DNA of 64,000 bases. It comes from Eledone cirrhosa. Its lineage: Eukaryota. The DNA is taken from assembly GCA_964016885.1 (NCBI GenBank), contig OZ024759.1, positions 11,408,001-11,472,000 on the forward strand, given 5' to 3'. Below the pieces are notes generated by a model. The model was given only the letters and a program-made list of their open reading frames with translations, did no database searches and was not told where the DNA came from. Shown in pieces: positions 56,191-64,000 of the stretch (its first letter is position 1; every line of letters starts with the position of its first letter). The position numbers and the translations under genes were made by a program.

Positions 56191-56290
56191 GATTGCATAA
56201 TTATCTGCTGAACTTAGGTGATTTTCTGAACATTGCAATAGTAAAATCTGCATCTGTCAGGAAATATATATATATATATATATATATATA

Positions 56291-56672
56291 TCATCATCAT
56301 CATCTTCGTTTAATGTCCATTTTCCACGCTAGCATGGGTTAGACGGGAGTTGTCCCACTTGAGGCAAGGTTGGTCGGGTGACAGTGTCTCGCTCATATAG
56401 GACTATCTGGCAGGTTTTCTACAGCTGGATGCCCTTCCTAACACCAACCACATTTACAGTGAGTCTGGGTGCTTTTTTGCCGTGGCACCTCCACGACCAC
56501 TTTGCAGTGGAATGATAGGGACCCCAGTCCCTATCATCTCATTTCTACAGCTGAGTAAACTGGAGCAATGTGAAATAAAATGTCTTGCTCAAGGAAACAA
56601 CACATCACCCGGTCTGAGAATTGAACTCACAACCTTTCGATTGCAAGCCCAATGCTCTAACCACTAAGCCAT
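56291..56672 (-). mobile_element. Family A SINE with long RTE tail, flanked by an 81-bp direct repeat
   Basis: 56187-56267 is repeated at 56715-56795. Confidence 0.85.
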
Positions 56673-56797
56673 ACACACATACATATATATATATATGCTT
56701 ATATATATATATTAGCCCGATTGCATAATTATCTGCTGAACTTAGGTGATTTTCTGAACATTGCAATAGTAAAATCTGCATCTGTCAGGAAATATTG

Positions 56798-57013
56798 GTT
56801 TCTTATATAGGCACAAGGCCAGTGATTTGGGGGGAGGGGAAAGTCGATTAAATCGACCCCAGTGCGTGACTGGTACTTTATTTTATCGACCCCGTGAGGA
56901 TGAAAGACAAAGTTAACCTCGGCGGGATTTGAACTCAGATCATAAAGGGCTGTAACTCTTTGCTGCAAAGCATGGCGTCCGACTCTCTATCAATACTGCC
57001 AATCCACCGCCCT
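56798..57013 (-). mobile_element. Meta-domain SINE (family B) with 21-bp TSD
   Basis: tgcatctgtcaggaaatattg at 56777-56797 and 57014-57034. Confidence 0.85.
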
Positions 57014-57399
57014 TGCATCTGTCAGGAAATATTGCACAGAAACGATTGTTGAGGAATTTTAACATCCATCTCTAATTAAAAATGCAGCCAACGCTTTTCA
57101 GTAAAAACTGAATGGGTGCACTCTGAACAGGTAATTGCAGCTGCATAACTGCAATTCAGTGGATTTGTTGAGTAAGCTAGACGCTGGCCGAAGGATGCTG
57201 TATTTATACCAGCAGTCTTCGTTATATTGTTATATGTTGATATATATATACACACAGACAGACACACATTTATATTGGTATCACAAAAACACCCACCTCA
57301 CACTGTAAAGTGGGGGTGGAGGAGACATGGCAGAAAGCACCCAGCACACAATGGTTTTGTGTGAGCAGTCCCACAGGGTAGACCCACCGGGGTGGTGCC

Positions 57400-58165
57400 A
57401 CAGGGGTGGTACCACAGGAGCAGTGTCACAGGAGCAGTGTCACAGGAGCAGTGTCACAGGAGCTGTGCTATAGGAGCAGTGTTATAGGACCAGTGTCATA
57501 GGAGCAGTGCTATAGGAGCTGTGTCACAGGGGCTGTGCTATAGGAGCAGTGCTATAAGAGCGGTGCTATAGGAGCTATGTCACAGGAGCAGTGCTATAGG
57601 AGCTACGTCACAGGAGCAGTGCTATAGGAGCTGTGTCACAGGAGCAGTGCTATAGGAGCTGTGTCACAGGGGCTGTGCTATAGGAGCAGTGCTATAGGGG
57701 CAGTGCTATAGGAGCTATGTCACAGGAGCAGTGCTATAGGAGCTGTGTCACAGGAGCAGTGCTATAGGAGCTGTGTCACAGGAGCAGTGCTATAGGAGCT
57801 ATGTCACAGGAGCAGTGCTATAGGAGCTGTGTCACAGGAGCAGTGCTATAGGAGCTGTGTCACAGGAGCAGTGCTATAGGAGCTATGTCACAAGAGCAGT
57901 GCTATAGGAGCAGTCTCACAGGAGCAGTGCTATAGCAGCAGTGCTATAGGAGCTGTGTCACAGGAGCAGTACTATGGGAACTGTCTCATAGGAGCAGTGG
58001 AGCAGTGCTACAGGAGCTGTGGAGCAGTGCTATAGTAACAGTGTCACAGGAGCAGTGCTATAGGAGCAGTGCTATAGGAGCAGTGCTATAGGAGCAGTGT
58101 CATAGGAGCAGTCCTATAGGAGCAGTGCTATAGGAGCAGTGTCATAGGAGCAGTCCTATAGGAGC
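57400..58165. repeat. 14-bp-type minisatellite (aggagcagtgctat / aggagctgtgtcac)
   Basis: Seen directly. Confidence 0.9.
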
Positions 58166-58609
58166 TGTTTGCTCTGGGTACAGAAGATGATTTAGTAAGA
58201 TTTAAAAGATCTTCTCTTCCACTTCTCCAAGATTGGGAAGGAGGACTGGGGTGAGGCTGAAAGTGTTGGTCCATTAATCAAACTTGTGACAGAGTTGGCC
58301 AATATTCCATTGGGAAGAAATGGGACTAAAGAAGAAAGATGGAGTGGGGTTGTCTGGTCGGTTTCTCATTAAAAAGTTTGGTAATTAACAGATATAATCA
58401 AAATATTTAGAATTTAGAAAGAAATTAAATATATTTGTTTGTCTATTGCATGTTTCTCTAATGTTGGAACCAGTTGGGTGTCTTGTAAATTACAGTTTGT
58501 TAAGTGGTTAAAATATATCTTGTAGCCAGTCATTAAGAGGCAGTAATTAAACTATAATATTGGCTATTTATTTAGAAAACAAACAAATTAAATAATGAAA
58601 GTTGGGGAA

Positions 58610-59225
58610 AAGGGAGTGGCAGACTCTACATCCCAGGTCTAGGGGGTGTATCTTAGCTGTTCTACTGTGGAGGGAGTGGCAGACTCTACATCCCAGGTCT
58701 AGGGGGTGTATCTCAGCTGTTCTACTGTGGAGGGAGTGTCAGACTCTACATCCCAGGTCTAGGGGGTGTATCTTAGCTGTTCTACTGTGGAGGGAGTGGC
58801 AGACTCTACACCCCAGGTCTAGGGGATGTATCTTAGCTGTTCTACTGTGGAGGGAGTGGCAGACTCTACATCCCAGGTCTAGGGGGTGTATCTTAGCTGT
58901 TCTACTGTGGAGGGAGTGGCAGACTCTACACCCCAGGTCTAGGGGGTGTATCTTAGCTGTTCTACTGTGGAGGGAGTGGCAGACTCTACACCCCAGGTCT
59001 AGGGAGTGTATTTCAGCTGTGCCTTCTACTGTTGGGGTTATTGAGTGGCAGACCCCACACCCTTCTCTGGGGCGTGTATTTCAGTTGAGCCTTTTACTCT
59101 TGGAGTTAGGGTGTGGAAGACTCTACACCCCAAGTGTTGGGGGGAATATCTTTGCTGTGCCCTCTACTGTGGGGTTAGAGAGTGGCAGACTCTGCACCCC
59201 AAGTCCAGGAGGTATATCTCAGCTG
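58610..59225. repeat. 60-bp minisatellite, about 7 intact plus about 3 degenerate copies
   Basis: Units align line to line at 58621-58981. Confidence 0.92.
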
Positions 59226-59669
59226 TGCCACAGAGAGCAGTTTGCAACATCCATCATATCAGCCACCCCACCGCACCCCACCCCCACGGGGGCTCCTTCC
59301 TCTGGTGGGCTGCTTAATGTTACAGGAAACATTACCAACTGCTTCTATCTGAAGCCACTCCCCACCGAGAGCGTTGGTGTACCTCGTCCTAGAGGTCTCG
59401 ATGGGGAGTGGGGCAAAGGTTCCATAACCCTGGATAGGGGCCCATTTTAGGTACTGTGAGTCAGAACTACCTGAGCTTGGGATTCACATCACTTTAGTCT
59501 ATTTTGAAAGGGAATCAATAACATTGATTTATATTGTTATTTTGTAATATATTTATGTTGACCCAAAATCTGAAGTTGAGTCATTCTACATATGGCGGGG
59601 TATTGTGGAAGAGAGGTGGGGGGCACATCTTTTCAAACGTGATTCTTAAATATTATTGATTAGAACGCA

Positions 59670-61776
<2,107 letters not shown>

Positions 61777-62119
61777 TAGATATCTTAATTAAAGTCTGTG
61801 TTCGTGACATCACTGCATGAACAAGCTGGTGATGGCTGGTGATGGGTGGGGGCTGAAGTAGGTGGGGAGGTGTGTTTAAAAATAATAAAATATTTGAAGT
61901 TTTCTGGAAATGTAGTTTTGAAAACTCATTAAACTTCTTATATAAAAACTTAGAAATCTTTCATAACTAAAATCAAAATATCTTGTTTTTATATCTCTAT
62001 ATTATTTTGTCATCTACTAATGATATGATATGTAATTAGCACTCATTTTACAGGTTATATTATATAATTGATATATGTTACAGGTGATATGGAATTTTAT
62101 ATATATTTTACAGGTGATA

Positions 62120-62471
62120 TCATCATCATCATCATCATCATCATCATTTTACGTCCGCTTTTCCCTGCTTGCAAGGGTGGGGCGGGAACTGATTCTGGCT
62201 TGATTTCTACAGCTGGATGCCCTTCCTAACACCAACCTCATTTACAGTGAGTGCTGGTTGCTTTTTTTTGCCGTGGCACCTCCACGACCACTTTGCAGTG
62301 GAATGATAGGGACCCCAGTCCCTATCATCTCATTTCTACAGCTGAGTAAACTGGAGCAATGTGAAATAAAGTGTCTTGCTCAAGGAAACAACACATCACC
62401 CGGTCTGAGAATTGAACTCACAATCTTTCGATTGCAAGGCCAATGCTCTAACCACTAATCCATGTGCCTCC
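62120..62471 (-). mobile_element. Family A CORE-type SINE
   Basis: Identity to other copies. Confidence 0.9.
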
Positions 62472-62497
62472 ATATGTAATTTTATATATACAGTACA

Positions 62498-62920
62498 TAT
62501 TGCTACACCTTGGAGAGTCACGTTGCCATTAAAAAAACACACACCTGTTGGTTTTCACCTCAATTTATTATAAATTTCTGGCTTGTTGGTTGGTTGGTTG
62601 GTTGGTTGGTTTGATAACTGGAAGGTTGTTTATATATTGTCAAAGCTCTTTTGACACACAGTCTGTGACCTCCTCAGTGACTGTGTTTTGTTCTGTCTAC
62701 ACAAACAAGATTGTGTAGGACAGAACAAAGGAGAGACACACAAAATAAAGACCTAGTCACTGAGGAGGTCACAGAATATGTGATGAAAGAGCTTTCTTTG
62801 ACAATATATAAACAACCTTCCAGTTATCAACCAACTGGAAATTTATAATAAATTGAAGTGAAAACCAACAGGTGCATGTGTTTTTATTGGCAACATGACC
62901 CTCCCAAAGTACAACAATAC
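62498..62920. mobile_element. About 420-bp foldback element (arms about 170-185 bp) carrying two inverted degenerate hammerhead cores; probable Penelope-type inverted terminal repeat
   Basis: cacctgttggttttcac/gtgaaaaccaacaggtg, ttgataactggaaggttgtttatatattgtcaaag and its reverse complement, tctgtgacctcctcagtgact/agtcactgaggaggtcacaga. Confidence 0.7.
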
Positions 62921-62984
62921 CTGTTTCAACACATGTTTTCAGATAAGAAATCTCACAAAACAAATTCAAAAACGAATTATATAT

Positions 62985-63300
62985 ATATTATTATTATTAT
63001 TATAAATCAGTTAAATCAGTTAAATAAATAATATATTATTATTATAAATCAGTTAAATCAGTTAAATAAATAATATATTATTATTATAAATCAGTTAAAT
63101 CAGTTAAATAAATAATATATTATTATTATAAATCAGTTAAATCAGTTAAATAAATAATATATTATTATTATAAATCAGTTAAATCAGTTAAATAAATAAT
63201 ATATTATTATTATAAATCAGTTAAATCAGTTAAATAAATAATATATTATTATTATAAATCAGTTAAATCAGTTAAATAAATAATATATTATTATTATAAA
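62985..63300. repeat. 42-bp AT-rich tandem repeat, about 7 copies
   Basis: tataaatcagttaaatcagttaaataaataatatattattat. Confidence 0.92.
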
Positions 63301-63654
63301 TAAATGAGTAAGACGTGGTCACCTGACCTGACATTGTCCACAACAGGGCAACTCATCTAACCCATGCCAGCATGGAAAAATGGATGTAAAATGATGATGA
63401 TGATGATACATATTATTTGTGTTTATACACAGAACAAAAGTGCTACCTAAGGTTTCAGGGTCCAAATTTGAAAGAAGGGCCATCAAAATAGTGACCTTTC
63501 TTCTGGGGCTAATATGAGTTTATAAGATACTGTTAAGAGTAAATTAAGTACACCTGTTTACGAAAGATAACTCACTTATTTACGAAAGAAGTAAAACTTG
63601 AACCATTAAGGTCTCATTCCTGGATATGTCAATATTTATAAAACAAACTTTGTA

Positions 63655-63711
63655 TTTTATCTGATGAGAGCGTACCAAAGTTTTGGTACCCTTGAAATAT
63701 ATATAATAGAA
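63655..63711 (+). ncRNA. Minimal type I hammerhead ribozyme (Penelope-type), sense to unc-13
   Basis: ttttat-CTGATGA-gagcgtaccaaagttttggtaccctt-GAAA-tatata-TA-atagaa; stem I 6 bp (one G.U), about 10-bp stem II, AATAAA overlapping the 3' end. Confidence 0.78.
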
Positions 63712-63757
63712 TAAATATGGTTTTATAAATATAGTTTCCATATATTAATATTATATG

Positions 63758-63995
63758 GGGCGGTGAATTGGCAGTATCGGTAGAGGGTTGGACACCATGT
63801 AAGGGCGGTAGATTGGCAGTATCGGTAGAGGGCCGGACGCCATGCTTTCTAGCATAGTTACGTCCCTTTACAGTCTGAGTTCAAATCCCGCCGAGGTTAA
63901 CTTTGCCTTTCATCCTTACAGGGTCGATAAAATAAAGTACCAGTAATGTACTGGGTATTTGCTGGCCTTGTGCCTAAAGTAGAAACAATTAATAT
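63758..63995 (+). mobile_element. Meta-domain SINE (family B) with duplicated 5' head
   Basis: ggcggt..attggcagtatcggtagagg occurs twice, then B box GAGTTCAAATCCC and the Meta-like domain. Confidence 0.85.
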
Positions 63996-64000
63996 TATTG

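Noticed and set aside
58232-58250. ATTGGGAAG... resembling the DWE microexon
   Set aside because: AAG acceptor, and 19 nt to the next GT would shift frame; similarity probably chance

Overview
Eukaryotic, repeat-saturated intronic DNA, most likely from an octopus or other cephalopod. This is inferred from the tRNA-headed CORE- and Meta-type SINEs, RTE LINEs with (ATG/GAT)n tails and extreme microsatellite load. Almost every long ORF in the supplied track is a simple-repeat artefact. The one clearly recognisable host coding segment is a 124-nt + strand exon (19909-20032) encoding the C-terminal part of the UNC-13/Munc13 C2A domain (EGQGKWFSLDSELIMKNGEIIGTRGSTGHSILIDARFELPY). Downstream of it are three isolated, frame-preserving candidate microexons of 6, 9 and 9 nt (21938-21943, 36965-36973, 45314-45322). 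In the phase set by the upstream exon they would extend the protein as ELPY-VI-GYE-DWE. The window also holds three intact-looking minimal type I hammerhead ribozymes (10185-10242 minus, 53786-53840 minus, 63655-63711 plus) and degenerate or truncated ones, all resembling Penelope-element termini. Mobile elements include RTE, Tx1/L1 and CRE-like LINE relics, a Helitron, mariner- and piggyBac-like MITEs and many SINEs. Several of the many minisatellites are visibly built from pieces of those elements. All calls were made by eye, without database searches.
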